Shown here in pieces: positions 14,331 to 29,731 of a DNA stretch of 64,000 nucleotides. Each line of letters begins with the position of its first letter. The first letter of the stretch is position 1. The position numbers and the translations under genes were made by a program. The notes beneath the pieces were generated by a model. That model was not told where the DNA came from, did not search any database, and saw only the letters and a program-made list of their open reading frames with translations. The stretch covers positions 109,616,001 through 109,680,000 of the forward strand of contig OX597822.1 of assembly GCA_951406725.2 (NCBI GenBank), in the 5' to 3' direction. The DNA comes from Octopus vulgaris (taxonomy: Eukaryota).

Positions 14331-14399
14331 ACACACACACATACATGCATACACATATACACACATACATACATATATATATATGTATGTATATATATA

Positions 14400-14660
14400 T
14401 TGCAGCGTGGAAGGTGTTTGTGTAAGCCATTTAAGAAACACACAAAAACCGTTACATTCACTTCAACATTTAAATTTAATTTGCCAAAATATTTTCGTCG
14501 CTTTCAGACCGCGACCTGTTCACTGACAAAAATATCGTGCTAACAGGTCGCGGTCTCAAAGCGACGAAAATATTTTGACAAATTAAATTTAAATGTTGAA
14601 GTGAATCTAACGGTTTTTGTGTGTTTCTTAAATGGCTTATAAACACCTTCAACGCTGCAA
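14400..14660. repeat. Near-perfect fold-back inverted repeat, ~120 bp arms, 21 nt spacer
   Basis: 14400-14520 is the reverse complement of 14542-14660 with few mismatches, flanked by (TA)n. Confidence 0.92.
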
Positions 14661-14826
14661 CTGTTTTCGTTCCAGCACACGATCTCAGATCAAGTCACTT
14701 ACTATGCAAGTACATCTCTGTAACTATATATATATTTATATATATATATATATATATGTATATTGGTAAAAACAGTAAGATAACAAAAGAAAGAAAGAGA
14801 CCTCAATATTATGTAAATAGAGGAAA

Positions 14827-15219
14827 TCTTTATATATAAAAGTGAGGTTGTGTGTCTGTCTCCTACGATTTAGATTCCTAACTACTCCCATATTTTGCGG
14901 TGCAGTTTAACCAAAACCGGGTATCTTATAGTCGTGATTCATATCGAGACCGTCTGGGTATTAGCGCGCGTCTACGATGAGTCTACGATTTAAAAAAAAT
15001 TTACCATCAATTTTTCCCATTGTTAATCCATTTTTGACATATATAAGGGAAGTAACTCTCTAAAATTTATCATTAAATCTCAGAACGTAAAAAGCTACAG
15101 TAACACCCTCCCCCTTTGTGGTTAGCCATATTGAGATGGTTATTATACTTTACATCTCTAAAAATGCTTATATAATTATTTCCCTTACAAACCCGAGCAA
15201 CGCCGGGCGATACTGCTAG
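14827..15219 (+). mobile_element. Non-autonomous Helitron
   Basis: 5' TC after host A, 3' CTAG before host T, subterminal GC-rich hairpin cccgagcaacgccggg at 15192-15207, no TSD. Confidence 0.85.
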
Positions 15220-15259
15220 TATATATATATATATATACGCACGCACACACACATACTCT

Positions 15260-15305
<46 letters not shown>

Positions 15306-16619
15306 CGTACGATTTTTACCACTATAATGCCGTAAATTGAGCGACCAGTTATATATAGAAAAGCTGCTTCTGCTGCTGTGACTCCAATAAATTTTGTTCA
15401 AACCTGTGTTATATACTCCGATAAAAAGTGACATTTTATTTCAGAAAGATCACCAACCAGGCGACATTCCGTTGGCATAATTGGAGACTATAAAAAAACA
15501 TACCTTTATGGTTGTTCACCGCACTTGATTTAAATGCTATAACGATGCTGCTGCTGTTTTACGTGTAAAGGATAGTTCCTTAAAAGCTAATCCAATTTAG
15601 TATGATAATTTTGGTGCTCAGATAAAAACGATTTATCAACATTTGTACGATGATATCCAACAGGGCATTTTGCAGGTCAACTTGAAATTTGAAATCCCAT
15701 TGAACAATGTAAAAGAAAACTATCTCAATATAGGTACTGACACTTAGTCATCCCCTCACCCATTCTCTTCACGAGATATACAAATATTGCACATGATTCT
15801 TATTATGTAGTACGTCACATTTTTAAGAGGGAGGATATCAAGAAGTAGAGATTTCCATTATTAGAGAATCTATGTACGATACATTCTCTCACAATAATTT
15901 TTTGTTGTCTTCATTATTTGTCGCATTCTCACAATTCTGCAGGTTTCCACACCAGAAACAGAATAATATTGCTAACAACTACATTTAGTGAAGTGTATTA
16001 CGTCATTGAATTGGTACCTTTCGGGACTCTGATTAGACAGGAATATGATACAGAATCAAATTCCTCCTACAAACCGACTTCACATCAATCTATTAGCTTT
16101 TTGTTAATTTTCCTGTAGAAACTGGAAGAACAGCAATTAACGTATTTGTAATTCTTCGTAATTTTTCAATCATTATGTATAATAATGCTTTGAACAGCTG
16201 GTTTACAACTTCAACGCTGCATTAATGATTTATATTTACTAAATAAATTATATACCGGTATTTTGAAACGATATTTTTATTGTAACTTCAGGAAACCATT
16301 TCTGTGATCGTTATGTATTTTTAAAGAGTTTTGACGGCTGCTCACGTAGGTTATGGAGTTATCGAAGATGAAATTCCTCAGAAAATGCAAAATGCAATCG
16401 AAAGATGCGGTAAAGTCAGGTGTATATTGAGAATCATGTGATAGGATACTAATTATCATGGTGTTACTTACTGGAAATTACATTTTCTGGAATTGCAGAC
16501 CTTGTATAGCATATTATTGATGATACCCGTTGGACTGATTAAATTTTTCTAATCAACTTTCTTTTTATTTTATATGTAGAATATGGCTATAGACATAGTT
16601 TAAAATAGTTAAAATAAAA

Positions 16620-16825
<206 letters not shown>

Positions 16826-17377
16826 GAGTGAGAAAGCAATGCATGCCATCTAAGTGACACTAAGGTGAAATAAACGAAATCTAGCATACCCGTCATGACT
16901 TCTTGTCTGATAAGGGTGCACCAGGCACTTGCATCACAACGATATTTGCACTACATGGTGACCTCATATCAAGATAAACACCACAAGACTTTGCAGGAGG
17001 GACCCAGTTAGAATTGTCTTCAGTTCCAGTAGCCCATGCAGCTCCAATGTTCCTGGAATAAGTGCTGTTTCAGCGTTTTGAAAGAAAAACCCATGTTTCT
17101 AGAAGTGAATTATTAAAACCACCAAAAAAATCCTTCTCAACGCATGGTTATATGGCTTCCAAACTACTGCTGCACGTGATCGGAGATGCACATATTGTCA
17201 GCCACTAAGGGATATGGTCAACTGGGACAAACAACTGACAAGTAAATCTGATGTAGTGAGCAGAATATTTTCTGTAGCCCATCTCTTATACCAAACCAAA
17301 ACAATGTACATGATAACATTTCGAGTCAGTTAAGATCAGAGGCAACGGGAGCCAGTGCTTGGTACGGCATCAGAGCG
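16826..17377 (-). mobile_element. Non-coding ~550 bp interspersed element between (AAT)n tracts, probable non-autonomous R4/Dong partner
   Basis: Higher GC than flanks, bounded by AAT repeats on both sides, abutting an R4/Dong 3' end. Confidence 0.4.
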
Positions 17378-17389
17378 TTATTATTATAG

Positions 17390-17640
17390 AAACAAACCTC
17401 AGGTTTTGTCTTATTCCTGGTAGGAAATATGTGGTTGCATGTTACTACCTGTAACCTAAGGTATCCATAAGTTTTCGGCAGTCTTTCCAGTGCAAGAAAC
17501 CCCTGTGTCTCTAAGGCACACACTTACTGTAGTAGATCTTCCCTGCAATCTATTTCAATCTCCTCCAGCCATTTCCCTATAGCTCCAAATTCTCCCGCTT
17601 TCAAATTTCATCCTCTTTCTTTACGGTGCAGGAATTAAAC
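17390..17640 (-). mobile_element. R4/Dong-type (RLE) non-LTR retrotransposon 3' end, decayed
   Basis: Translates to GEFGAIGKWLEEIEIDCREDLLQ*VCALETQGFL, resembling the IGALG...LQK..LLGTA.IL C-terminus. Confidence 0.55.
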
Positions 17641-18232
17641 CATCATCATCATCATCATCATCATCACCATCACTATCTTCATCATCATTGATAGTAGAAG
17701 CAAACGTACGTGCAGCTTTGGAATTTTTACTCATAATATTAATGTCATTATTTTAAATGATAATACTAAAAATAACTGTAATTATTGAAATTTTTTTAAT
17801 TACTGCTATTATCGTTAATGAATTTTTATAGGCGCTATCACTTAATTACTTGTAAATGAGGGTTGCGATGGCAATTGTTAATGGTGGAAAAACACAATTT
17901 ATTTTTGATTATACATTAAAGAAGTTGTAACTAATGAAAATGACATCGTTAATACTATTACTCGCTTTAATAAATCTACTGAAATGGCTGTTGACTTAAA
18001 CGAGATGTTACGAAAAATTATGATGCTTTATAGATGTTTCATAATATTACACAATCAGAGAAGTTTTTGATTTATGTTCAAGTTATCCATTGATGTAAAC
18101 AGCAGAGACAGTCATGTGTCACAAAGCAAAATATAATGAAACTTAAGAGAAAGTATAAACTATTCCAATGCAAATACTCGTGGTTTATGTATTACATAAA
18201 ATGCATATACACAAAAATATAATTTTACATGT

Positions 18233-18267
<35 letters not shown>

Positions 18268-18357
18268 CGTAAATATCTTCCCTTTTTCCTGAGCGCCTAA
18301 TAATAATACTTTAATCGTTCCACGTGTTGTTGTTTTTTCTGTTTTCCGTTTGGATTA

Positions 18358-18398
<41 letters not shown>

Positions 18399-19859
18399 AT
18401 ATATATATTCGGTGTATGTGGTTTTGTTATACTTACTGGATTTTACAATCTTGTAAATGATAATAATAGTAATTTATATAATATTAAATCTTATAGCGAA
18501 CACCGTGAAATGACTAAGAAAACCACATCCCATTCTAAACGCGACTAATTATGTTAACATTACGCCAGTGAATTAGCCACTCTGTTCCTGATAACTTTAA
18601 GAACTATATTAGTTCGTATTTGTTTTTGTAAACAAACATTCTATGTACTTCGGGTGCAAATGGTTTTGTTATATCCCGCCGGGTGTTACAAACCTGGAAA
18701 ATGTAATAATGATATTTATATAAGCCTAAAACTTACAGCGATCACCGTGCAATGACTAACAAAAAATAATCCAATAATGGTGCATATAAGCCCTTGACAA
18801 AAATAAATGTTGGCTTTCCTATCCCTCCACACACAAATATATATATGTGTGTGTGTTTGTGCGTGTGTGTTTGTGTGTGTATACAAATAATATACATATG
18901 TAGTATATATGCTTATAGAACACATTTACGTATAATTTATCCGGTGTTGTTGGCACTCATTTTGCTGGCGTTGGTGTTTGCGTTTGAGGTTATTTAAGTG
19001 GTGATGTTGGTGTTGTTCATTCTGGAAGCTGCATCACGTAAACATGTGCCTTGCTAAACATATTCAAGCTTTGCGAGACCCCGTCTTATTATTACATTCG
19101 TATTCAAACAACCTAAAACCACGCCCTGAGCCTTGGTAGTTAAGAATTGCGTTTTGACTACTGAGATATAAGGCCACTGGAAATATAAAACGCCATTCAT
19201 CTTGAATGAAGCACCATTGTAACTGTGATCAGTAAACGAAACTTTTGATGATTGAGGTGGTGTGCGCAGAGAGCGTATTACAACAGCAAATATGTTATCC
19301 GATGCATTGTTTCTTCGGAGACAACAGATTAACAGTGCAGTGCATTCGACACATTTCTTGCAAGGAGAGTGATCAGAATGAGGTAACCTTATAGCTCGTT
19401 ATCTTCTAAATCATTATTTCTCAATCAACTTTAGCTTAATATCCACCTTTCAGGATAACTCATTTATAAGCACCTCTCTGTTGATAGGTATGTTTATATC
19501 CATTATCAACTCATAATCTTAGTATATACAAGATGCGATAACATTTTAATATCACCGAGGCAGTGACTGCTGTAATGAAGTGTTCATAGCTACATCGTTC
19601 CGCGGCACTTACTTGTAAAACAGAACAAAATATTTATGTTTTCTGAAAAGGAAAGATATCATAATTAGTGATGGTTATGAAGATTCAGCATGCATCTGAA
19701 ATAATAGCAACTACCAATCAATATAGGGTTTCTCCTTCAGTGTGACGAATGACTATCACTGAAAGTTTTGCGTCCTCTACAAGATGCCTGAAACTCATAA
19801 TTTAAGATGTTTTATATATATGGCATTATCAAGATAAACCGAATGTTGGTTATACTAAA

Positions 19860-20030
19860 CAGCGTAGTCGTACCCACATGGTAAATCATTTGGTTCCCAG
19901 CCACAGGGTACCTGTTTCAGTTCCACTCTATGGCATTCTGAGCAAGTGTCCTATCTTATAGATTGGGGTCGACCAGAGGCTTTTTATTGGCTCTGGCACA
20001 TGAAAGATGAAAGAAGCTCGCTGGATATAT
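19860..20030 (+). mobile_element. Old SINE family A 5' half
   Basis: Diverged match: ttccactctatggcattctgagcaagtgtc...tgaaagaagc. Confidence 0.5.
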
Positions 20031-20251
20031 GTGTGTACGTGTGTACACGCGAGCATGTGAGTGGGGTGTTTAGCTGTGGGTGTGTTTTGGGGACAAATGG
20101 TTTCTGTATGCAACGCATGCACTTAATGTCTTACTATTCCTCTGGGATAAATAATTTTTATGTAATATAAAATTAATTATTGAAAGATTTCATTATCCTC
20201 ATTATACTCTTGATATATTTTGTGTATTTCCCATTTTTTCATTTCTTCGTA

Positions 20252-20662
20252 TAAGTTAAGTTAAGTTAATTTTTTGGCCCAAAAAGCAAAAAGCAAGGCC
20301 ATGTAGGGAGACATGGAATTATGTACAGGGTGGCGTTCATGCAAAGAGTTCAGGCCATTTGTGGTCAAGGGAGACTTTGAACCGAGCGGTCGTCGGCATC
20401 TTCACTATCTCATCCGGCAGCTTATTCCACGGATCCGCAACCCGGACGGAGAAAGCCCCTCTCCTTCGATTGAGATGAAATCGTCGCAGATAGAGTTTTT
20501 CGGAATGACCCCGCAGCCGACGCTCTGGAGCAGGAGTGAAGAACATCTCTTTTGAGAGGTTACACTTTCCGCTTATGATGTTGTGAGCAAGAATGAGATC
20601 ACCACGGCTTCGTCGTTTTTCTAGAAAATAAGGGTCGAGCGTCTTCAGCCTTTCTTCGTATA
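20252..20662 (-). mobile_element. CR1-clade LINE 3' end (5'-truncated)
   Basis: LEKRRSRGDLILAHNII...RLRGHSEKL...FSVRVADPWNKLP ORF2 C-terminus, short 3' UTR and (TAACT)n tail. Confidence 0.92.
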
Positions 20663-21309
20663 AACTGAAAACAATTGATATCATTTAGCACACGTAACTA
20701 GAGAAAGCTCCTGCTTGCTTAGCAAGAAACAGTGGTATAATTGGTTTCCTGCTCCTTTTTCGGAGGGTGCACGAAAGAAACAAAAAGAACGAGTGACAGG
20801 TGAGAAGAAAGAAAGACAGGGAAAAGCATTTTTTTTTTCATAACTGACTTTCATCCATAGTAAGAAAATACAGGCATGTTAGTTTCTTTGCATTCTATTA
20901 TTCTATTCGAGAAGGGAGCGTCAAAAGTTAGAGAGAGACAGACGAGTGAGAGGTCATGATAGATAAAAATGCAGAGAAATGCAGATTTTTACTTCTTGCC
21001 TTCCAGGCGTGTTACGCCGGCAAACTCGCTGCCAATATAATCTCTCTCGAAGCGTTGATGTTTTTATTTCCCTCTGCGGAAGAAATTAAATACTTGCCTA
21101 TTCAAAGATTTTAAAGCTTTCATCGTAGTCAGAGAGATGTCGACGAAAAATAGGCATTTAGTCAATAAGCAAATTTGTTTTATTGATGATTCTAGTTTAT
21201 TTCGTACACACATACACACACACACATGTATATACATACATATATGTATGTATGCACATACACACATATATACCTGCATGTGTGTGTATGTATACGTGTG
21301 TGTGTGAGT

Positions 21310-21750
21310 GTGTTTGTGTGTGTGTATGTGCTATGCGTGTCTGTGTTTGTGTGTGTGTATGTTCTATGTGTGTCTGTGTTTGTGTGTGTGTATGTTCTAT
21401 GTGTGTCTGTGTCTGTGTATCTGTATGTTCTATGTGTGTCTGTGTTTGTGTGTGTATGTTCTATGTCTGTCTGTGTTTGTGCGTCTGTATGTTCTATGTG
21501 TGAGTGTGTTTGTGTGTGTGTATGTTCTATGTGTGTCTGTGTTTGTGTGTGTGTATGTTCTATGTGTGTCTGTGTTTGTGTGTGTGTATGTTCGATGTGT
21601 GTCTGTGTTTGTGTGTGTGTATGTTCTATGTGTGTCTGTGTTTGTGTGTGTGTATGTTCTATGTGTGTCTGTGTTTGTGTGTCTGTATGTTCTATGCGTG
21701 TCTGTGTTTGTGTGTGTCTATGTTCTACGTGTGTCAGTGTTTGTGTCTGA
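21310..21750. repeat. Minisatellite, 31-33 bp unit (gttctatgtgtgtctgtgtttgtgtgtgtgtat) x ~13
   Basis: gttctat recurs every 31-33 nt. Confidence 0.92.
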
Positions 21751-21759
21751 TTTTACCTA

Positions 21760-21900
21760 CTCATAACTTAACAGTTCGGCAGGAGACCGATGGAATAAGT
21801 ACCAGAACAATAAATAAAGATTGAGGTCGATTCATTCGACTAAACTTTTGCGATACTTCAGCATGTCTGCCGTTTAATTAGTGAAACAATTAAAAGAAAA
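21760..21900 (+). mobile_element. Old SINE family A 3' fragment
   Basis: gttcggcaggagaccgatggaataagtacc...ggtcgattcattcgactaaa. Confidence 0.6.
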
Positions 21901-22541
21901 ACAGACGGAAAATTCATGCACCATGTGATGTAGCCTTCAGCTAATAACCACTAATATAGGACATCCTTACTTTGCAAGTATATATGTTTGCTCTTTTGAA
22001 TATTTTGACACTACAGCAAGTATAGAGGATAATATCACCTCATCTTTTATATCATGTCTTTATTGCACCAGCATGATTTATTTTCAGATACAGGATCGGA
22101 AATAATACGACACGCACAAATAACTAATTCTAGATAATTACTTTAAATCCTACTCCTAAATCAGCATAACAGAAAAATATCCCTGCTTTTAATTACCTTC
22201 AAAAGTACAATCTGAACATATAGCATAATGACCTAATCTGTGTGGTGTTGATATACGATCTGTTTACAATCTTCAGAAAAGAACTCAACAAATAAGAAAA
22301 CTGCAAATATATGTTATTTGGTATTGAATATCACTAACTATACTGATATCACTATCAACATGCAGAGAACATTAAGCTGGAGAATACTCTATACTTAGCG
22401 TTATTATACACTACTCAACAGTTTAGATTATATTCGAATTTAACCACATATATTGAGTGACCGTTACATGTATAAGCTGGTGTGCACATGGACTTTATAT
22501 AAATTCCCCATTTCATCTATATCACTTGGTTTGCTATACAC

Positions 22542-22609
<68 letters not shown>

Positions 22610-22843
22610 CAAAGGAATTCCAACTCTGTTTTTTATGTTTTATTTATATTCTCTATAATATTAATGTAGAATATAGAATATATAGTAAAATGAAATGAAG
22701 CATTGACTGTCTTATTGAATAGATGAAATATTGAATATAAAATATTAAGTGACTAGTATACTTTCTTGTATTTAAGCTGTCTTCAAGGTCCCAGGTTGTG
22801 ACAGGAATGTTTCAACTGTGTTGAAATTTTAATTTAAATATAT

Positions 22844-23272
22844 GAGTGGCTGTGTGGTAAGTAGCTCGCTAACCAACCACATGGTTCTGGTTTCAGTCCC
22901 ACTGCGTGGCAACTTGGGCAAGTGTCTTCTGCTATAGCCTCGGGCCGACCAATGCCTTGTGAGTGGATTTGGTAGACGGAAACTGAAAGAAGCCTGTCGT
23001 ATATATGTATATATGTATATATATGTATATATATATATATGTATATATAAGTATGTGTATATGTTTGTGTGTCTGTGTTTGTCCCCCTAGCATTGCTTGA
23101 CAACCGATGCTGGTGTGTTTATGTGCCCGTTACTTAGCGGTTCGGCAAAAGAGACCGATAGAATAAGTACTGGGCTTACAAAGAATAAGTCCCGGGGTCG
23201 ATTTGCTCGACTAAAGGTGGTGCTCCAGCATGGCCGCAGTTAAATGACTGAAACAAGTAAAATAGTAAAAGA
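22844..23272 (+). mobile_element. SINE family A, near full length
   Basis: A and B boxes, CORE-like block, internal (TA/TG)n, tail. Confidence 0.92.
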
Positions 23273-23777
23273 GAGAGAGAGAGAGTAATTGTATAATCGT
23301 TAATGTTTATACAAATAATTAAATTTCACCAAAAAAAGGGAAACGATAAGTGTCATGATTTTGAGTGAGAGTGTTAGAACACCTACACAGCTAGAAATAA
23401 GTGCAAAAGTGTTTTATTGCCGGTGAAATTTAATTATTTGTATACACATTAGCGATTCGCTAAATCAGCCATAATGTTTCTTTTTCATGGCGTATACATA
23501 TATGCTCGTAGCTCAGCTGTCCGAGAAGTAACAAATTCTGCCGCCCTTGTGAGGATGTTTCGACCTACGGTAAAGGGATATCACAGTCGCCAATTTCCAG
23601 TCCCTGCCTATATGTATGTATATAATTATATGTGCGTTTACAGCAGCAATAGAGCCCTTCGGCTCGTGTTTCTAGCAGCGGTATTCTACTACCTTCAGTC
23701 CACTGTGAGAGTGTGTGTGAGTATGTGCGTGTGTGTGTGTGTGTGTGTTATATACATATGTTTTAGATAATCTACTG

Positions 23778-23816
<39 letters not shown>

Positions 23817-25035
23817 AGAAAGAAAACTGGAGCAGATTAAAAGCATCAAGAAGACACATTAGTGTTACAGTATATATGAGATTTAATTTATGGGTTACTA
23901 ATTAAACAGAAGGCTATGCGCTTTTTCTGCTAGTAGCACTCTGTCACGTACACCTACAGTCCGTTGAAGTGTTGTTCTTTGTTCCTGAAATTAAATGTAA
24001 CATCTGACATCAAAGCTTTAACATCAAAGATATAATATACTTTAATTATTTCCGTAGCAAAAACTTTATGGTAAAATATAAAGAACTCATTTGAAAATGT
24101 TGTGTCAATTAATAGCATCAATCTACATTGTATACAGTAGCTAATAGCTGATAAACGTTTGCTTTTATTCTAAAAAGCATAATTAGAGACGCTTGAAACA
24201 ATTTACAATGGTGTATAAAAAAAATGTCGATAAAATTTATCGCGTTATGCATCATTCATTGTTCAAGAACTGGTGAAAAGATATAAAAGCTATATAAGTG
24301 TAAAATTAACAATTATCAGATATGGTATGATTCCAAACCATCTTTTAGCTCTCCTGTTGGTATGTAAACACTGGCCGCAGCATTTAGGCACACGGATTTT
24401 TTAGCAGTTGAGCTCTTATTTAACATTGCAAGCACGAATGAATTATCTGAATGTAAATTAAAGGAAAGTCTTTATAGAGTAATGCAGTTGGACATTTACT
24501 GTTCATAAAGTCGTCTTGTAGTTGCAATTAAATAAATATCCCTTAAAATAAAGCAAATATATATCTATACATTGTATATGCGATATTTGATGAGAAATCA
24601 TATTTTTGATGACCAATCGAATTGTAGTTATATAAGCATTAATCTTCGCAGGAAATATGATGAGTACAATGTAAGGCCATTTAATGAAAGCCATTTTAAA
24701 TATAAGCTGTCCACAATTCATGAGAGATAAAATATGAAATTTCGTTTGTAAAACAGTAAAAATTTATTCTTCAGGGACGACACCTGTTTCTCAAAAATCC
24801 CTAACAATAGCAAATCTTTGTCATTTACATAAAATGCAAGAGAAAATAGTGTGCACCATATATTAGTAGTACATATAAAATATCATATCCGGAACGATTA
24901 TAAATTTAATATAATCAAACCATTTCGAGTTACCTGGTCGGAACGACATTCTAATCCCCAAAGTACATAATTTCAATATAATATTTGTCTATCTATCTGT
25001 CTATCTATCTAACTAACTATCTATCTATCTATCCT

Positions 25036-25084
<49 letters not shown>

Positions 25085-25102
25085 TTATCTATCTATCTAT
25101 CA

Positions 25103-25985
<883 letters not shown>

Positions 25986-26426
25986 AAGGTATATATCTAT
26001 CTATCAAGCAATTCGCTACAACATCTATGTATGTTCCGATTGTTCTTGCACAGAGGCCGCTCAGACCTCCGGTTCTGCAGAGGGCAGGATTTTGTTTTTT
26101 CTCTTCACACCCCAGTAGCTATTGGTCTTAATTAGTTCGCCTTTTGTCATCTTAAAGCAAACCGTTCATACATTCACACACACACAGTACACACGCACAT
26201 CATAATGTCGCCAACTGGTGACAGTGACTACACTCAGTCTCATACATGCATACGCATATACGCAGACAATATTTATCCACAAACACGGACAATACATACG
26301 CACGCAGGCATAGGCACGCCACGCACACACACACGTACACACACACATATATATGTATGTATGTATACTTATATATATGTATATATATATACACCCGTAC
26401 ACACACACATATACATACATACACAC

Positions 26427-26475
<49 letters not shown>

Positions 26476-26976
26476 TATATTAAATTAGAGATAAAACCAC
26501 TATTGGGCAAATCAAACTGAAAATCATAAGCCAGTACATAGAAATAAAACTAATTAAAAAATATAAAAAATATAAAATATAAAATATAAAAATCCAATTA
26601 AAATATTTAAATTAAACTTATAAATTTTAAATATATATATATATATATATTTTATTTTATTTATTTATTTATTTTTATTTATTTTTTATATATGTATAAA
26701 ACAATGAGGTTTCGCCTATAAAATCGGAAAACATGTATATCAAAAAGCACTTGATGATTATGCTTCACAAATTCTTACTTTATTTTTAGCAGATCAACTA
26801 AAATTCATTATCGAAGGAACATATTAATGTCTCCCCTTCCATATATGGATATATGTATATGCCTTTTCGCATACATGTCTGTGTATGTGTGCATGCGTGT
26901 GAGTATTTTCCCACGCGGTCGCGCGCGCGCATGAATGGTCATTATGATCCATCAAAGGCATGAGTTCCTCCCTTTG

Positions 26977-27280
26977 AAGTTAGTTAGTTAATTTTTTGGT
27001 CCAAAAAGCAAAAAGCAAGGCTTTGTAGGGTGACATGGAGTTATGTACAGGGTGTTGTTCATGTAAAGAGTTCAGGCCACTTGAGGTCAAGGGAGACTTT
27101 GAACAAAGCGGTCGCCGGCATCTTCACGATCTCGTCTGGCAGCTTGGTCCACGGATCCGCAACCCGGACGGAGAAAACCCCTCTCCTTCGATTGAGATGA
27201 AATCGTCGCAAATAGAGCTTTTCGGAATGACCCCGCAGCCGACGCTCTGGAGCAGGAGTGAAGAACAGCTCTTTCGAGAG
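26977..27280 (-). mobile_element. CR1-clade LINE 3' end, second copy
   Basis: Closely similar to 20252-20560, with a shorter 5' extent. Confidence 0.92.
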
Positions 27281-27718
27281 GCTACGCTTTCTGCGAATAA
27301 GACCTTCGTTAGATTCTACTGCCATTTCATTCAGATGACTGATAATTACACAGCCTTTCACTATTGTATTATGTCGAAATAATTGTAGCGATTTTCAGTA
27401 AAGAGTGTCGTTTATTGCGCTTTCTCCCACTTATCCTTTTACATGGACACAAACCGTACCATGGAATTTCTGATTTATATCATGTAGCAAGAGATTTCCC
27501 TCTGTCTCATGACATAATCTAACCAGTAACTGGGGATGAGCTTGGCATAACATTCGGGTTTTATATTATTTAATGATATATATATGTGTTTGTGTAGAAA
27601 AAAAAAAAATATATATATATACATAAATAATATTTATATCAATATTTGCATATATATATATGTATACAGAAACACATACGCACACGTGCACACACATTCG
27701 CACACACACACACACACG

Positions 27719-27826
<108 letters not shown>

Positions 27827-29731
27827 CGTGTCTGTGTAAATTTGCATGTACGTATGTATATTGTGCGTAGAATGTTCGGTGTGTCTGATAGTATGGAGAT
27901 TTTTCTTGAAATATGGTAAATAAATATATGTACCCGAGGTATATTCTTCGTAAATGCTTTTACTTTACAGATATCTGTGTATTGTATTTTTTTACAAAAT
28001 GAACCTTTCCTCCCATATAAATATATCGAATGATATACAAATGTCAGATATGCATTAACACACATCTCATTATATTTTCTTTCAATATATTTCCCAATAC
28101 CTTTCATTCATTGCATTTGTTTGATTTTCCTTCACTCTCATTCTCTTTATGCCATAATGATGCCTTTCAAACATACATATATCATTGCGAGTGCCAACAA
28201 CATGACCTTAGGTTAACTGTTGAATACCTTTTATCAGGTGAAAATATCCTGTGAGAATATTGCAAACAGGTCAATGAAAACTGGGCAGACGATTCCATTG
28301 ATGTTATTGACGTATTTGTATGATGGATTGTTATTTTTAAATTCATTGCTTCAAATACAACTGTACAATGGAAGTACTTTTTTTTTATATTTACCGAAAC
28401 ACTTTCCAAGTGAAGGAACATATTTTCTGATTTATCATAGCTATTCATATTTAGATAACGGTAAAAGTGATGGATTTTCAGAACTGCATTATAAAGAAAC
28501 ACTAATGCGTCTTTTCATTAGCTTCTTGAATTATGCATTTCAATTGCAAATCTATTAACATTGTCAAAGTTTATATTACATGTGCTTTTAACTTTTTCGT
28601 ATATCTCAGAAATACAAAACGAATCGCTTGCTATACATCAATTTACGATTTTTTTTTTTTTCAGATTCCATATGTTACATAGCTGTTATTTATTTGTAAT
28701 TCTTATTATTGATATTGTTATTAATATTGGTATTATTATTGTTGTTTTTGTTGTTGTTTTATTCCCATCACCATCACTATCATCATGAGCAAAAGAAGCA
28801 TTATATCGGTTATTCATGTTATGTAAATATTAGCTCCAGGCAAATGGATTCCACGTCCTACTTTCGATCTCGATTTGAGGCATATATTTTTCACTCACAA
28901 TTCTAATAAATTGCTGTGCTTCATCTATAGAAATGCTTAGATTGTTGCATCTTCGTTGGGAATGTACACAATAACACATGTTCTTTGAGACATATTTGAT
29001 AAAAAAATCCACAATTTTATTTTAAAAAGCAGCATATTTAAATTTGTTCTATTTGCTGTGATCAACACAATGTATTTATATTTCCATAAATAAGGCTAAA
29101 AATAAGAGTGAGAAAGAATATAATTAGTTGCATGCGTGCGAGTGTTGATGTGGGTTACCTGTGTAGCATATGTGAGTGGCTTTTATAGTAGGGGGAGACA
29201 TATTCTCGAGACATGTACTGGAGTATACCTATTTCATGTAGTCTTGTATTGATTCTAGATGGCGGGTTTTCGACAAGCTAATTTTTTCATTAAAAATTAT
29301 ACCTTATACAAATAAGTAAATTTACAATGATAGAATAGAATCCGAAGACATAGCACTATCACTTATGGAAGCATATCTTTGTTTTTGTGAGTAACCATTA
29401 AAATACTGAACTGGAAAAATTACACAGAGTAGAACCCAGTGACTTATACATATGATACATATATATACATATGATACATATGATACACGGAAATAAATTT
29501 GTAACATATATAGAAATAACTCGATCTATATTATAGAACCTGCAATTAACATTTTCAATCGTATGACTCAAAATATCCTCATAAATACAAATCGTAAAAT
29601 AATACATATTGTAGATGAAAACTACATATAGGCAAGCGTTATATCTATCGAAAGTCAAAGGAAGAAATGATATGTAAGAACATGGACTCTAACTACAATC
29701 ACAATTATTAAACATAGCGCACATAGTAGTA

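Noticed and set aside
21310-21750. CRISPR-like periodic array or Cys-rich protein
   Set aside because: The units are head-to-tail with no unique spacers, there are no cas genes, and the context is eukaryotic.
23541-24800. Further hammerhead candidates on the minus strand (gtcgaaacatc at ~23560; gaaacaggtgtc at ~24785)
   Set aside because: Only GAAAC halves are present, with no correctly placed CTGANGA or stems.
26913-26931. CpG run cgcggtcgcgcgcgcgc as a promoter CpG island
   Set aside because: Under 20 bp and embedded in a purine-pyrimidine microsatellite, with no other promoter evidence.
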